Assembly (NCBI RefSeq): GCF_009834535.1
Contig: NC_045697.1
Location: forward strand, 102,674,001 to 102,738,000
DNA: 64,000 nucleotides
Direction of reading: 5' to 3'
Source of the DNA: Camelus ferus
Taxonomy: Eukaryota
The notes beneath the pieces were generated by a model. It had not been told where the DNA came from and made no database searches. It was given only the letters and a program-made list of their open reading frames with translations. Position numbers and translations under genes: made by a program. Positions 23,470 through 37,200 of this stretch are shown piece by piece. Each line of letters opens with the position of its first letter. Within the stretch, counting starts at the first letter, position 1.

Positions 23470-24150
23470 CTTCTTCCTCATCTCTTCCCAACTCCCCTGT
23501 CCAGCCCCTGTATATCTTTCAGGGCTCAGCTTAAGTACTACCTTCCTTGGATACCTGCTCCCTCCCTCTCAGAGTAGATAAGGTCCCATATTAAATGCGC
23601 TGTGTACTTAATGTCTGTTCTCTCTACTACATTGTAAGTTCCAGGAGATAAGGCTTATGTTGGCTGATTCACTCCTGCATCCCCATTGCCCACTATGGTC
23701 TGCCATATATATTTGTTGAATTCTTAAATGTTTGTTGAATCACTCACTTCCCATAATTTATCTCCAACTCAGGCCTCTTCTCAATCACTTATTTAATGAA
23801 TGTAAAATCTTTTTCTTGCCTCTAACTCTCTGTCTGAAATGACCTATGATCATTCTCTGTCTAGCAACAATGTATCCTTCAAAACTTGTCCAATGTCACC
23901 TCTTCTATAAAGATGTACCTGACTTCTATAGCTACTTATTCCTACTCCTTTATAGCACCTTGTAGCTAGTTCCAAATAGCACTTAAAATATTGCATTACA
24001 GTTAATTGTTACAGGTCTGGTCCTACATTAGGCTATAAATGCTTCAGCGGCAAGGAACAACCACCTTTTTATTTCTTTACTGCCTCATACAGTGCCAGGT
24101 ACATAGTAGGAACCCAATAAACATTTGTTAAACAAACCAATGAATGAATA
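23470..24150 (+). mobile_element. L2 LINE 3' fragments (two termini)
   Basis: ...aaatgtttgttgaat at ~23730 and cagtgccaggtacatagtaggaacccaataaacatttg...aatgaatgaat at ~24090-24150. Confidence 0.75.
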
Positions 24151-24720
24151 TGTGAACAGTGAAAAAAAAACCTATGAATCAAATTAATAATTATTTTTCT
24201 GCGTCCCCAAAAGTGCAAAGACCTGAAAGCTGCCTTAGAGAGATGTGGTCATTGCTCAGGTCTCCATCATAATCACCAGCCCATTTGTGGATCTGCCCTT
24301 CAAGTTTTCTGTTTGACTACATAGAAATTAAATTCCTGGGTCAATGAGCTTGTGAGACAAGTCAATTAAGAGACTTTTTTTGAAATTTGCTTTGAAATTT
24401 TCTAGATGCTTAGTACTGTGCTGGGTGACATGGGACAAAGAAAAAAACGTAAGGCATGATCTTCATCCTTACAATCTAGATCAGTAGAAAATATGAACTA
24501 AAATGAAATAATGAATTACACAACAATTAATGGATAATATAAGAATAGACTATAAGTACTAATTATCTAACAGTTTAAAGCTATAAACGTAATGGAATTC
24601 AGGAATAAACTTTTTTATATAAAAAATGTTTATTGCATACATATTATTTTAACAGGCTCTGCGCTAGATGCTGGGAGTCTAGACATGAAGAAGGCATCCC
24701 TTTCTTAGTCAAAAAGTATC

Positions 24721-24763
24721 TGAGTATCTGAATAAAATTATGAGTATCCGAATAAAATTATGA
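24721..24763. repeat. 20-bp tandem duplication
   Basis: tgagtatctgaataaaatta / tgagtatccgaataaaatta / tga (one mismatch). Confidence 0.9.
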
Positions 24764-25189
24764 CTCCTCTCTCTAGGAAAATGCACACAGTTTAAACATA
24801 CAATCATATACTTTCACAACAATATTGTAAACAATATTGAGACCACGAGTCAAGAATGTCTAATCTGGAGGGTTTCCCTAAGGGAATATAAAATGATTGA
24901 CACCTAAAAGAAATCAAGTTTCTCCTTTATTTTTTAAATGCTTTTCTATAGTACATACGTTTAAAAGTAAAAGATTTATTATTACTGGAAATAACAACAA
25001 AAAAGGCTCAAGGGTTGGTAAACAATTTCTACTCTATGTAGAAGGTACATTCTAGCCAAAGAGGGCAGATTCCAGCTGACACGTGCCACCCAAATGTGGG
25101 CCCAGTATTGCCTGATTTTGCAACTTTTCAAGAAACACCATAAATCCAGACTTTATGTAAAGCCTTCTGGTTTTTAAGTATTTATGCTA

Positions 25190-25700
25190 TGAAAGAGACT
25201 GTTCATTGCCTTCTCAACATCTATTCTCCCCTCCTCTCTTAGTAACAGATCCCAATTTTATTCTCACTACAATGTCCTAATTAAAAGATGACATTTTCTA
25301 GGCTCATTTGTAGGTGGTGTGGCCAATGAGATGTCAGCAGAGTTGTTAGATTATTTCTAGACAGTTGAGTCAGGAGGGACGTTTCTTTTGCCCTTCTCCC
25401 TTTCTACCTTCTTCCAGCCTGGAGTGTGGACACGATGGCTGGAGCTCTAACAGATATATCAGATCATAACTTGAGGTCATAATACGACACTGGAGATGGA
25501 AGCTATGAGTTAGGGATGGTAGCACATAAATATGGATGGCACCTAGGTCCTTGATGACTGTGGCACTTCCATCCATACCACCCTGACTGCCTACTTTCAA
25601 ACTTCTTTTAGACAATAGAAAAAAATTTTAAATAAAGCTTTGTTTCAAATATTGTTTGGGGCAGGGGTGTTTGTTTTATGCAGAAAGACCAATTCTAACT
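25190..25700 (+). mobile_element. ERVL-class LTR (LTR16/LTR33-like), apparently inserted in an old DNA-transposon remnant (~25060-25790)
   Basis: ggccaatgagatgtcagcagag...ccagcctggagtgtggacacgatggctggagctc...gcacctaggtccttgatgac...aaataaa. Confidence 0.65.
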
Positions 25701-25859
25701 ATTATTTCATATTTTTTGAAACACAAAGTAGACCAGAAAAAAAAAAATCTGTGGTCTATAACTAGCCTACCAATCACCTATTTGTGACCCCTTGCCGGGA
25801 ACAGAGAAAGCATATTAAAAGTTAATGTTGCAGAAGAGCCATATATGTGCATGTATATG

Positions 25860-27150
25860 TATATATATATATACATACACACATACATTTCCTAGCTCTG
25901 TCCACTGACAGGCCTAGAAGCAATGACAATACAGTAGCAGTGAACACACCAGGTACCCAGAACTTGGTTTCCAAATGCCATTCTCCTGTGTCAGTAGAAA
26001 CAACCAGGGCTTTGGGGAGAAAATTGGTAAGGAGAAATACAAGATGAGCTGGAATTTTCCTACCAGAAAGTAAGGAAGTGCTAACAACAAAAACAACAAC
26101 AATAATGATGATGGAGACAGGCTGTAAGGACACAGGAGCCAACTTGAAGTAGTACCCAATGGCCAAATCTGCGCACAATCTAATGGCTAAATATGCAGTG
26201 ATTTGGAAAAGAAAAGACATAATGATAGTAACAGATTATAACCCACAGACTAAACATTCATGAGTCCATACCAATATAAATAATTGAATGAAGAAATTAA
26301 TGTGCAAGAGGAGACAGCTCTTTCTTACAGCAGAATTCCAATGAATAAATATAGAAGGAATGATGGAAATAAGAAAATTACCATCTGGCAAATACCTACA
26401 TTAATAATTGCAGGTTATTACATTACTATGGTAATTACATGCAGTAATTACATTACTATTGCAGGCTAGAGTCATCAGTGGATTGAAAAATTAGTGAGCA
26501 AAAATATGATGAGAAACAGTATGTTACATAGTCTCAACATACCTCTGCACAAAATAATACTAATCATAAAGGGGAAATGGTAACTTTAAGGGTAGAAATC
26601 TTACAGGCACCTTCTTAACCAACTGATCAAAAATAGCAGCACCAATGAGATCAATCAACATCATGTACTTCCTGATCGGAGAAGGGTATTACACCACTTT
26701 GGTGGCATTCTTGCCAGAAATGCGAATTCAACATACATGTTTCAACATAAGGAAATATCAAACTCAAACCAAAGATAGTCTACAAAAATAACTGGCCCAG
26801 ACTCTTCAGAAACATCAAGGCCACAAACAAAACAAAACAAAAAACCTGAAGAACTGTCCCAGATTACAGGAAACTAAAGTGACATATAAATTAAATGTGG
26901 TGCAGAATCCTGGACTGGACCCTGGACCACAAATAGTCCTTTCATGGGACAAACTGCAAAATTTGAATGGAGTCTACAGATGAGTTAATAATATTGTTTC
27001 AATGTTAATCTCCTAGTTTAATTCCTGTACTATGGTTATAACATGGTAATATTTGGAGAAGCTGAGTAAGGAGCATATGAAACTCTACTATTTTTGTAAC
27101 TTCTTTGAAAATCTGAAATTATTTCAAAATAAAAAGTTTTAAAAGTTAAT
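25860..27150 (+). mobile_element. L1 3' UTR (L1MC/MD-like)
   Basis: gctctgtccactgacaggcctagaagcaatgac...gaaactctactatttttgtaacttc...aaatctgaaattatttcaaaataaaaag. Confidence 0.85.
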
Positions 27151-27153
27151 AGG

Positions 27154-27175
27154 TGTGATATTGTGATATAAAAAG

Positions 27176-27206
<31 letters not shown>

Positions 27207-28495
27207 GGTTTTTGTCTCTGTTTCCTGGCTGACAGCTTCTAAAACCTCTGGAATATCCAAAGTGATGTGTCTTTTTGTATGGCTGGTGGCTGGGAGCTCC
27301 TGGATCACCTCACGATGGGGGCTGGTTGCCAGGGGAACCAATCAGGTAATTAGAGAACTGGGAACTTTCAGTCACATCCTCCAGACCTCTGGGGAGGAAA
27401 GAGGGGCTGGAGGTTGAATTAACTACTAATGGCCAATGATTTAATCAATTATACCTACATAATAAAGCCTCCATTAAAAACCCTAACTAACTATTGGGGC
27501 TCAGAGCACTTCCGGTTTGGTGAACACATGGGGACGCTGGGAGGGTGGCATGTCTACAGAGGACAAGAAAGCTCCAAGCCCTTTCCCCTGAACCTAGCCC
27601 TGTGCATCTCTTCCATCTGGCTGTTCCTGAGTTATATTCTTTTATAATAAACCAGTAATCTAGTAAATTAAGCACTTCCCTGAGTTCAGTGAGCCACTCT
27701 AGCAAATTATCAAACCTGAGGAGGGAGTCATGGGAACCTTTGATTTAATGGCTGTAAAACAACAAAAAAACAAAGAGCAGTGCTCACCACCTAGTTCTAA
27801 GGCATTAGCTGCTGCAGTCGCTGACTGACAGTATACCCTGAGAGAAATTAAGGATGAAAAACAGCATGAAAAAAAAAAAAAAAGAAAGAAAGAAAAAGAG
27901 CATGAGGCACTCTGTGTTTTGGCAATTAGGTCCCTTAGATAGTTTGATGTAGATATCAGGATGAATTTTAATGAACCAAGATTCTTGGATGTTTCCAGAC
28001 ATAAAAAAAAAAAGCACTAAAATCATTAACTTGAGATGTATGTTTCCTGTGACTAATAGTAATCTTTTACTGGAATGTATGCTTGACTGTATGTATTCTC
28101 TAGCCAAAACTCTTATGTAAGCTGGCTTTCCTTCTCTGTCTTTGGAGCAGTTTCCTCAAAGCTGCTGAGAGGCTGTCTCCTTGGCTAGAGTCTTCAGTAA
28201 GACCCTGAATAAACCTTAAACACACAACACTTAGGTTGTGTGTTTTTCTTTAAGTGGACATAGACATTCAGTCAGAAGCACAGGTTAACAACCTGGACTT
28301 GCGAATGGCATCTGAATTAAGGGCGGTCTTGTGGGCCAGAGCACTTAACCTGTGGGGTCTGCACTAACTTCAGTTATTTAATGTCCTAATTGAATTAGAG
28401 GACACCCAGTTGGGTGTCCAGAGAGTTCGAGAATTGCTTGGTGTGGAAGACCCGCAGATTTGGTGTCAGAGTGTCAGTGTGAGTAGAGGAAATCA
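27154..28495 (+). mobile_element. MER21-type LTR, interrupted by a nested LTR
   Basis: tgtgatattgtgatataa...ggggctggttgccaggggaaccaatcagg...; resumes with gtcagaagcacagg...ttggtgtcagag after 28260. Confidence 0.85.
27753..28260 (+). mobile_element. Nested solo ERV LTR inside MER21
   Basis: TG...CA termini (tgtaaaac...gtggaca), AATAAA at 28208-28213; splits otherwise colinear MER21 sequence. Confidence 0.8.
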
Positions 28496-28759
28496 TTTTT
28501 AAACCATTAGCCTATTAAGTTAATGGTTATGCTAGCATGTTGTTCTTTAAATAAACACTCAGTTATTCATTTCTAACAGAGTTGGCTATCTATCTCAAAG
28601 AGTACTTCTAGAAAAAAAATTTTTTTAAATAATTTTTAAGTAGATCACTGACAATGGGGAGCTCTGAGTTACTAATGTTATCTTGTGGTGACAATCTCAG
28701 ATCTACATATAAAATGTCCTGAAAGAATATTAACTATTTTCTGAAGTAGGCAATGATAC

Positions 28760-29220
28760 AAGTGTAGTCTAAGAAAAATCTCCATGGTACTGGTAAGACT
28801 GGAAAGGAAGAGGGGCATGGGTAAGGTAACAGGCCATGATCCAAATGAGGGTGGATGAGGATTTGAACTCTGGTTGGCAGCAAGGATGGAAGGGAGATGT
28901 TCAAGAAATCCACATTTTAAAGTTCAGGATTTGCCCTTTGAAAAACAAGGAAGGAGCCACAGATGCTAATTATCACGGTAAACAGTCACATCTTGATAAA
29001 AATAAAGAAACTGGGAGGGACATCTGATGAACCCAATTTTGTCCATGTTGAACTTTAAGCAGTGACAGAACATTTGGAGATAGGAGGCTGGAACTCAGAA
29101 AAGAGATTCAAGCTGGAAGCACAGTTGGGTGTCACCAGCAAAATGTTAATTGCTGAAATCAGTAGACTGTATGCTCTCTTTGATGGAGAAACTACAACCA
29201 TGAAAATCAGAGAAACAGGG
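28760..29220 (-). mobile_element. L2 LINE fragment
   Basis: Purine-rich gatccaaatgagggtggatgaggatttgaac...tttgtccatgttgaacttt...ggaactcagaaaagagattcaagctgga. Confidence 0.55.
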
Positions 29221-29799
29221 GCTACAGAGGGAAGAAGACTAGAAATAGGCTCTTCTCATACTTCTTTGCCTAATGACTAGTGGAAAATGTGACCACTTTG
29301 GTTTAAAAATTACAGCAGGCAACTTTGGTAATGGTACCTGCCTCTCAATGATCTCCCATCTCTGAGAATGTCTTATGGCTACAGGGATGGGGTCCAGTAG
29401 CCAGGTTGCAACATGCCCCTGAACCTTGGTCATTGATCAAGAGAATAGAAACCTAACTCAAGCAAAAATATTCTCTTTGTCTCCCCATCTCTCTCTCTCT
29501 ACCTCCCCTCCCTTCTCGTTCTTTCTCTCTCCCAGGCCCCATCTTTCTCTCACACATGTATGTCTAAAACTTGGAATGAAAAGATATTGCAACTGGGCAT
29601 CACATTTATGGTACAGCCCAACAGAAAAGGTCAACAAAGTCCCATTTCTAAGGTCCCTAAAGTTGAATCCCTAAGGTTTGGTTTTCAATTGTCCACAATA
29701 ACCAGTCTCTTTCCAACAAGTGCCATCACTCCTATTTCTGCTTTATGGTACATGGAATCAGTTTCCATTGCTATGAACAAAAGACTCAAGTAATACCAC

Positions 29800-30076
29800 T
29801 GTCTTAGTCTGTTCAGGCTGCTAATACAAAATACTAGAGACTGGGTAGTTTATAAACGACAGAAGTAGTGTATTTATCACATGCCTGGAGGCTGGGATGT
29901 CTAAGATCAAGGCGCCAGCAGATTTCGTGTCTGGTGAGGACCCACTTCTTGGGTCACAGATGGAGGGCTCAGCCCTGGTGACCTGAGCATCTCCCAAAGA
30001 CCCTCCTCCAAACGCCATCACACCGGGGATTATGTTTCAGCATATGAAGTTGGCAGGGCCACAAACACCATGGCAA
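29800..30076 (-). mobile_element. MaLR LTR (MLT1A/MST-like)
   Basis: tgtcttagtctgttcaggctgcta...ggaggctgggatgtctaagatcaaggcgccagcagatt...ctggtgaggaccc. Confidence 0.85.
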
Positions 30077-30099
30077 CCACAAATATTTAATGACCATCC

Positions 30100-30265
30100 C
30101 CTCAATGCTATTCAAGCTTAGTATGGATATGAATCACCTAGGCATCTTGTTAAATCTAGGTTCTGATTCATAAGGCCTGGGGTGGAGCCCAGTATTCTGC
30201 ATTTCGAACCAGCTCAGATGATGCCATTAAGGCCAGCCTGAAGACACACTTGAAGCAGCAGTGTA
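30100..30265. mobile_element. MER5A-type DNA transposon
   Basis: gaatcacctaggcatcttgttaaa...ttctgattca...ctggggtggagccc...ttctgcatttc...cacacttga. Confidence 0.75.
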
Positions 30266-31225
30266 CCACATCACACTAACATGGTCCTCAAGGAACTCGT
30301 TGTCTGACAAGGCAGACAAGCCACACACACAGGAAATAAATAATTCAGGGTGTCACTATACAGCAGAAGGTACCCTGGAGTGATTTTAGACTTGGTTCTG
30401 TTTAAACCTGTGTTTAAACTTGCAAATCACTGAATCAAGTTGGGCCTCCGTTTCTGCATCTATAGAACAAGAGTGACGGGATGACAATCATGTCTCTCTC
30501 AGTTCTTAAATTCTATTTGTGATTACGGTTAAAATTAATTATACAAATGGGTGCATATCAATTTAGACAACTGTCCATTATATATGTGTAATAAAAAGTT
30601 ATTTCTAATAAAAATATACATTTAATATTTTTTTAAGTGTGTACAAAACATTGGGTGGAAAAACAGTTTAATAAATAATATATACAATATTGTTTACATA
30701 AACACACACAGAATAGCCTGAAAGTGTTTGAACTTATTAGTTCTAAATTTTCCTCTTTAATCTTTTCTGTATTTTCTACTGTCAACAAATATATTTTTAT
30801 AAGAAAGCCTAAATCTAAGACAGATAGTGTCCATCCTTGTCAATCCCAGCCCTACCCAGCTGCTCCCCACCTCAGCTCTGAGCTGGGAATGGCTCAGTCA
30901 GGCCATATGTCAGAAGCTTCCTTCCCGTGAGTGAGCAGAATCTGGAAGTAGTTTGTCCAGTGTTCCTGGAGGTGAATTGAGACTCCTGGGAATGAGCTAC
31001 CATTTGATCTGACTGGCCTTCTGCCCAGCTTCTGGTTTTCACCCTAGCTCCCTGCTGGGATAGGAGCCCAGCCCTGAACCTCGGCCAAAGAGCTGTAGCC
31101 CTCACTCCACTTAATTCTTGCCAGCCCAGGAGGCAGACACTGCTAGTGGTACCACCACCACCACCATCCCAACTTCCCCGGCTACTAGATTGTCCGAATT
31201 AGCCTGGGGAGACCTCCCAAGACTG

Positions 31226-31250
31226 CAGCTCAGATAACAGCTCAGATAAC
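31226..31250. repeat. 12-bp perfect tandem duplication
   Basis: cagctcagataa x2. Confidence 0.9.
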
Positions 31251-34200
31251 TGCAAATTCTCCCCTAGGCCTGAGGCGTGAGTCTGCCAAAAGCCTTTTAC
31301 AAATGATTTCTTTACATTCACAAGTCGGCTAAAAACACAGCCACACATTTTGCAGATTAATTAACTGTACTGACAAAACAGCAGCTCTAGTTGAAGAGGT
31401 AAAATATATGTGGTATTCCATCACAGTGGGATCGCATACTTTAATTTTCATCTGTGCTTACATTAAGGATGAACTGTGATCATATAACATCTTTGGGACT
31501 TGGTTTCCTCATCTGTAAAGTGACTGGACAATCCCTCAATTAAAATTCTAGATACATTTCTTTACCAAGCAATTATATTAACTTTTTGGACCTGTTCTGT
31601 TACTCCCATAGTGTTCATACTGCTCACTATGGCAGCAATCTTGTGCTATTTTATGGTTAGTTGTACATGTGTGTTTTTCTCCAGTGAGTTCCTTGAAGAC
31701 AGAGATTTTGTTTTACTTGGTCTTGGAAGCTGAGTTTCTTGCAGTTATGAGCTCACAGTGGGCCACAGTAAGCACTGACTGAACTGCACACATTAATAAC
31801 AAAGTCACAACAAAATCCCCCCCAATACTCTGCACTTGAACAAAATTTGCAAAATACATTTTCTACAGTTCCTCACATCCAGAAAAAGTCATTTTGAGAT
31901 ACAATTAGTCACGTTCAACTTCATCGGGGAAACTTCAGTTCTTTTGGCTATTTGATAGTTGGAAAATGAAGGAGGGGAGAGGAAAGCAATTATTTTATGG
32001 ATTAATATAATCCACCTTCTTCAAAAAGGACATAGGGTGGTTTGCCAGAAGAGGCAGGAAGTGGCAAACTTTGCCTTACTGATGCTCAGAAGCCCTGAAG
32101 CTACCTCTCCAGAGAGAGATCAGAGGCAACAGAGACATCAGAACATCAACTTTATCAACAAAACTGTCAGAATAGTGGTGGAGCTTGAACTAAGCTGGCT
32201 GGAGTAATTTTCTTCCTGAAAATTTGCTTCAGAGATTCCTTGGGTCACTTGAACATTTTGTAAAATAAGTAACTATTACTGTCCTTTGTGACCCCTGGTC
32301 GAGAAATAATGCTTGGAGTCTAGCAGAAGACATAGTTGTTAAAAGATAATTTTAAGTAAAAGGTAAAATCATGACCTCCATAGAGCTATAAAAATAAATG
32401 TGTTAAAGATTTCTTTTTAAAATCATATGTTATGAGGGAAACAGGTGTATAATGTAACAGTTCAAAGGCAAAATCAAAACATGATTTGGTAACAAATAAA
32501 CTAGTCCCAAGTTTATAGGTACAAAACTAGTTTTTCCACGTGGGAGAGGAAATAAGTTAAAATCAGTAGTAGATCAGACATTTTGTACATTATCTGTCAG
32601 TTACCTGAAACTGACAGAGAGTTGCAAAATAGCTCAAAGACAATGAACAGGGCTGGAATCTGATCATCTGGCGTGGTATATTTACAGATAAGTCATAGTT
32701 TCCCATTAAAACAAAACAAAATTTTTTTCTACAGCATTTACTTGACACTTGGCCCTAACAGATCTCTTTAACCTAACAGATATTCCATCCATGCTTTGGC
32801 GAAAAAACTGCTGTCATATCTTTTTGTTTGTTTGTTTGTTTTTTGGTTTTTGTCATGTCTTAATTAAACTCTCTACTGGTATCCAAGATGCCGCTATTCC
32901 ACGGTGCTCATTAAAAAGGAGCCACGTTTTCTGACATCAGGGATCCCTGTGTGACAGAGCTGACCTTCTGTTTTTAAAACCTTGAAGATCCTAATATTCT
33001 ATACTAGGCATTCTCTATCCCGGTGCAGAAATGGGACATGGGGGTTTTCCTTATAAAACAAGGCCAAGTTATTTTCTCAAAAAGTAATGTGGACTCTGCT
33101 CAGATACCCAAGTGAGTATTCAGTTGAGACCCTAGGGTTCTGGGCCATGCATGTGGAAGACGGTTTGAAGACGGAAGTTCCCTGTCACAAGGCTTTGTAC
33201 TTTGCAATAATTCCTTCAGGAGCAGCATCTCCTGGATGTGACCACCATGTTTCCAGAGCTGAAGAGCCCTCTCCATGGGGTCTGTGCTCTTTTCCAGCAG
33301 TTTCCCCACTGGTAGAAGCCATGGTTTATCTCTTGAGTTAGACCGGAGACCCAAAGGCAGAAACAGGTTAGGTGGCTGAGCCCTCCCCGACACACGCCTG
33401 CAGCGAGTGACCTCACCCCTTGGCCATCCTCCTCCTGCACCACCCTGGTGGTCTCCCCTTGTTATCCTATCTGGACCCAGGCGCTGAGCAGCCTTTGTTC
33501 GCTTATCTGAACTTGGGTGGGTGGATCTCTTTTTTTCAGTTTTTCCCTTCAGCCCTCTCCTTTCTGGAGCTCCACTCTGTTCCCCGCTACCCCAGGCCAT
33601 TCCCTCTTCTCAGGAATGTTTCTCTTATCTATTTTCCTGTCAAGGCAGCTGGCAGTTTTATTCGGAATCTAAAGACTCATGTAATCTTGAGCAAGCAGCC
33701 GGCTGGGAGGAGGGATTTAGGATCCTCTGCGCTAAGCAGGGAAGAGGGGCAGTTCCTGTAGGGCCAGACACTCTGAAAACTACCAGTTGGCTGCCTTGAC
33801 CATAAAAGAAGTTCAGCCCAGCCTCTGGTGAATGTCTGATTTTTTTTTTTAAAGTAGAATTGTATCCCCATGGACCTACCCGGGTAGGTTGGCTGCAAAA
33901 TATACATTCCAATAGCTGAATGAGTTGACCTGTTGTATGGGGTTACTTAGTATTGTTCATTTAAATACTGGAGAATGTCTGTCAAATACAATGGTTTTCA
34001 TTGTAGCACAGTTGATGTTAAATCGTTCTGACAGTAAGTAGGCACCAGGCTCAGCAGCTTCTAAAGGAAAATCCTGGTTTGTGTTAATAAAACCATGTCA
34101 TCAGCATCAAGAGGGGCTCATACTCTACTGTTTACCATGCCTTGCAGCATCCTCCCTGTTTATTTAACAGCTGTACCAAGTTATATATGAGTGGAGCTAG

Positions 34201-37200
34201 GACGCCAAATCAGGACACTACCTTCTTTTATACATTTAGAACTGCAATTTTATTCGACCCAGAAGAAACTCAGAATGTACACCAAGATTACAGAACTTAA
34301 TTCACAGATTCATCCGAAAGGTACCCACTGAGTGCACCATTGCTCTATGAACTGGAGATACAAAGATGAGTAAGACAGGGTCTCTGTCCTGAGAGAACTT
34401 AGGATATAGTGGAGAAGACAGTGCAAATGAGCAGTACAACATATTCACAAGGTTGGCGTCGCTCGGTCACTGTTGTGTTCTTAATGTCCAGGATTCCCGA
34501 AAATTTAGGAACTTGAATAGAAATGAAATCCTGTGGTGGTATTATGACACACGGCCTTAGGGGAGCGCTAACAAGTGATCTGATCAGAAACTAAAGTCAT
34601 TATAAAAAGTCCTATTATTTTATTTTTATTTCTAACATTTTTTAAGTTGGAGTAATAAAAGTAACACATGCTTATTATAAAACATTGTCTACAATCTCAT
34701 GACTTCATTATTCTTAACTATTTTGTTTCTAAGCAATAACAGTCCGTTGTCAATTACACCTAAAACCTGCTCATTCTTCATGTAAAATAAATCCTGAGAG
34801 CAAACTAGGAAAAAAGAGTCTGCCTAAGAGCAGTGTTTGTTTTGCTTCGTTTTGTTTAAGCTTTAAAGGCTAATAAAAGAGTGACTAGATCCCAATGTAG
34901 TAAGTGACTTGAGTCTATAGACTACCAAGAGAGCATTGAGCAACTCTAGGGCTGAGGTAGACAACTTCTTACACGACTGGAGATTAGTACCAAAGGGTCC
35001 CTTTCAAAGAAGCCTTCCATGCACGTCACTTTTCCTACATTCATATTCATTATTGGTTCTGTCAGTTCAGCTTAAAGTCTTTTACTAAAATCAGTCATAA
35101 CCACTCCTTCCCCTGCAGCAAAAGACAAAGGAGTTATAAAATTACTGAACTTGGGGAGTCAATGTATCATTCCAGGAAAGCCATTTGAAGGGTTGTTTTA
35201 CAAAATCTGTAGGATGTATTTGACTCTTAGAAGTCTTTCTTGAACCACATAAGATATTAAAGATCAATGTGAAAATGCAGATTTTTAATTTTCTTTTAGT
35301 ATCAAAATAAATGAGTGCATGTCTTTTTAAAAAAGGGCTTTTCCTCGGGACTAGTGCCCCCATATTCAACAGCAGGTTTTCCTCTATGATACCTCAATCT
35401 CTGGCTTTGGCCAAGTCATCCCTTTACACCTAACTTTTCTCACCCCAAACAGTCTTATCAATCACTAGAACGTGATGAAAACCAAATCATGACTAAGGAT
35501 CAGGAAGGATAAATAAGTTTGTATTTTTAAGAAAAGAGTAAGGTACAGACACCAAATTCCTTTAAGACAGCAAAGGCAACCCGAATAACTGTGCCTTCAC
35601 ATTTTCGGCCTATAATTTCTTCACCTCTGAAATGAAGAGTTGAGTTAAATGATCTCTTGGGTCCAGTGTGGTTTAAAATTCTTTTACTGTGTTATTCTAT
35701 TATCATAAGAATTATGTCCAGAAAAGTAAGAAATAAAATAGCAGAGAACAAACACAAATAGTAAATCCACAGTAAACACCTCTAAAATGCTTCTAATTTA
35801 GCCTCTTCAATAAGAAAGTGAAATCTCAAAGAGGCTTAGCTGGTGGTCAAAAGATACACTGAAACCTTCAGCCTGACTCAAGGCCCAAGGTCAAGGAATT
35901 AATACAATCAGAACCACAACAAAGTAGACATGGTGGCATAGGGAATCATTTAGAGTAGATTGGGAAGGAATTTGATATTTTCTCCACTCTGGTTTTATTC
36001 AAACCAGTGGAAAAAATTACAATTTTTAAACTGTACTTAATAATGAAATATCAAAGTAGATACAGCATTGGGCATCTCTCTAGGCCATTTATATGCTTCT
36101 TGGGTGGCTGAAGGCCCCCAGCTTCCAGCGTATTTGAGGTGCGTATTAATGGCTTCGTACAATGAAGTATCTTAATGGCATATTTACTGAAGCACTTAGT
36201 CTGCTCCTTGGGGGTGAAGAGATCAAGTGCATCCCTGTTAAAGCACAGAGGCTTGCTGGAGACAGCATAATGGCTGCTGCAGCCCGGAGTCCATGTACTC
36301 ACCCTGTGGCTTGTTGATAACTTCAACTTGTCAAAGTTATAATTTGTCACCCAGCATTTTGAATTAGAACCTAAGACATTTCATCAATACCTGTCAATCC
36401 ACACCCAGCAAAGAAAGCAATACAGTGTCAAGCAAAGGATTTACTTTAACGAGCTGGCCATAAAGCTGTCAAGGGTTGTTTTTTCTTAGCTTCCCTTCTT
36501 TCACCACTTCCCAAGCCAAATCCAACCAAAAACACCGGGTTCAACAGAATCACTCTGAGGTGACAGAAATCCCCATAGCCTTCCCCACTATCCATCTGCA
36601 TAACCTCCTGGAGAACTGGCTGGCCAATAGGGCCCCAATTTCTATGACTGTTAAGTAAAGAGATTAAACTAAATGTTGTTCAGAGCTAACATTCCATAAT
36701 TCTATCTCATTTTTTCTTTTGGGTAACTAGTAGTTTGAAGAACCCTGAGTAAAGCCAAATTTCCAACTTTTGCCTCAAGGAAATTTGATTTCTTTTTTTT
36801 TCCAAAATAAAATCTCTACAAAAAAGCTGAAGGTGCCTATTTTAGCTTTACTCCTTTAGGGTGGCATTTAAAGAATGAACCAGGAGTGGCTTTTACTTAA
36901 GGAAGCAGTCATAAAGAAAAAGAGAATAAAGGTTATAATTTAGAATGGAATTGTTTTTAATGAAATAATGCCACATATAAGTGCACTTTTTTTTTTTTTA
37001 AACCTATGACCGCGACAGTATCCCTATGTTATAAACAGGCTCACAGAAGATGGGGTCTCTGTAAATAGACTGCTTTTGTTATAGTTAAGGATTTTTTTTT
37101 TTCCCTTAAAGGCTAGTTCTTAAAAGGACCTGGGAATTGAAAAATCACTCCTATGAACTACCTAGAGGAAAATGTATACAAATAAAACTAAATTCAGCTT

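Noticed and set aside
32044..32058. CTCF-like motif gccagaagaggcagg (similar weak ones at ~25055 and ~57215)
   Set aside because: Imperfect spacing or core mismatches; the other two lie in or next to repeats. Not supportable without a PWM scan.
33100..33600. Longest ORF in the window (166 aa, minus strand)
   Set aside because: No recognisable domain; explained by locally higher GC, with overlapping ORFs in several frames.
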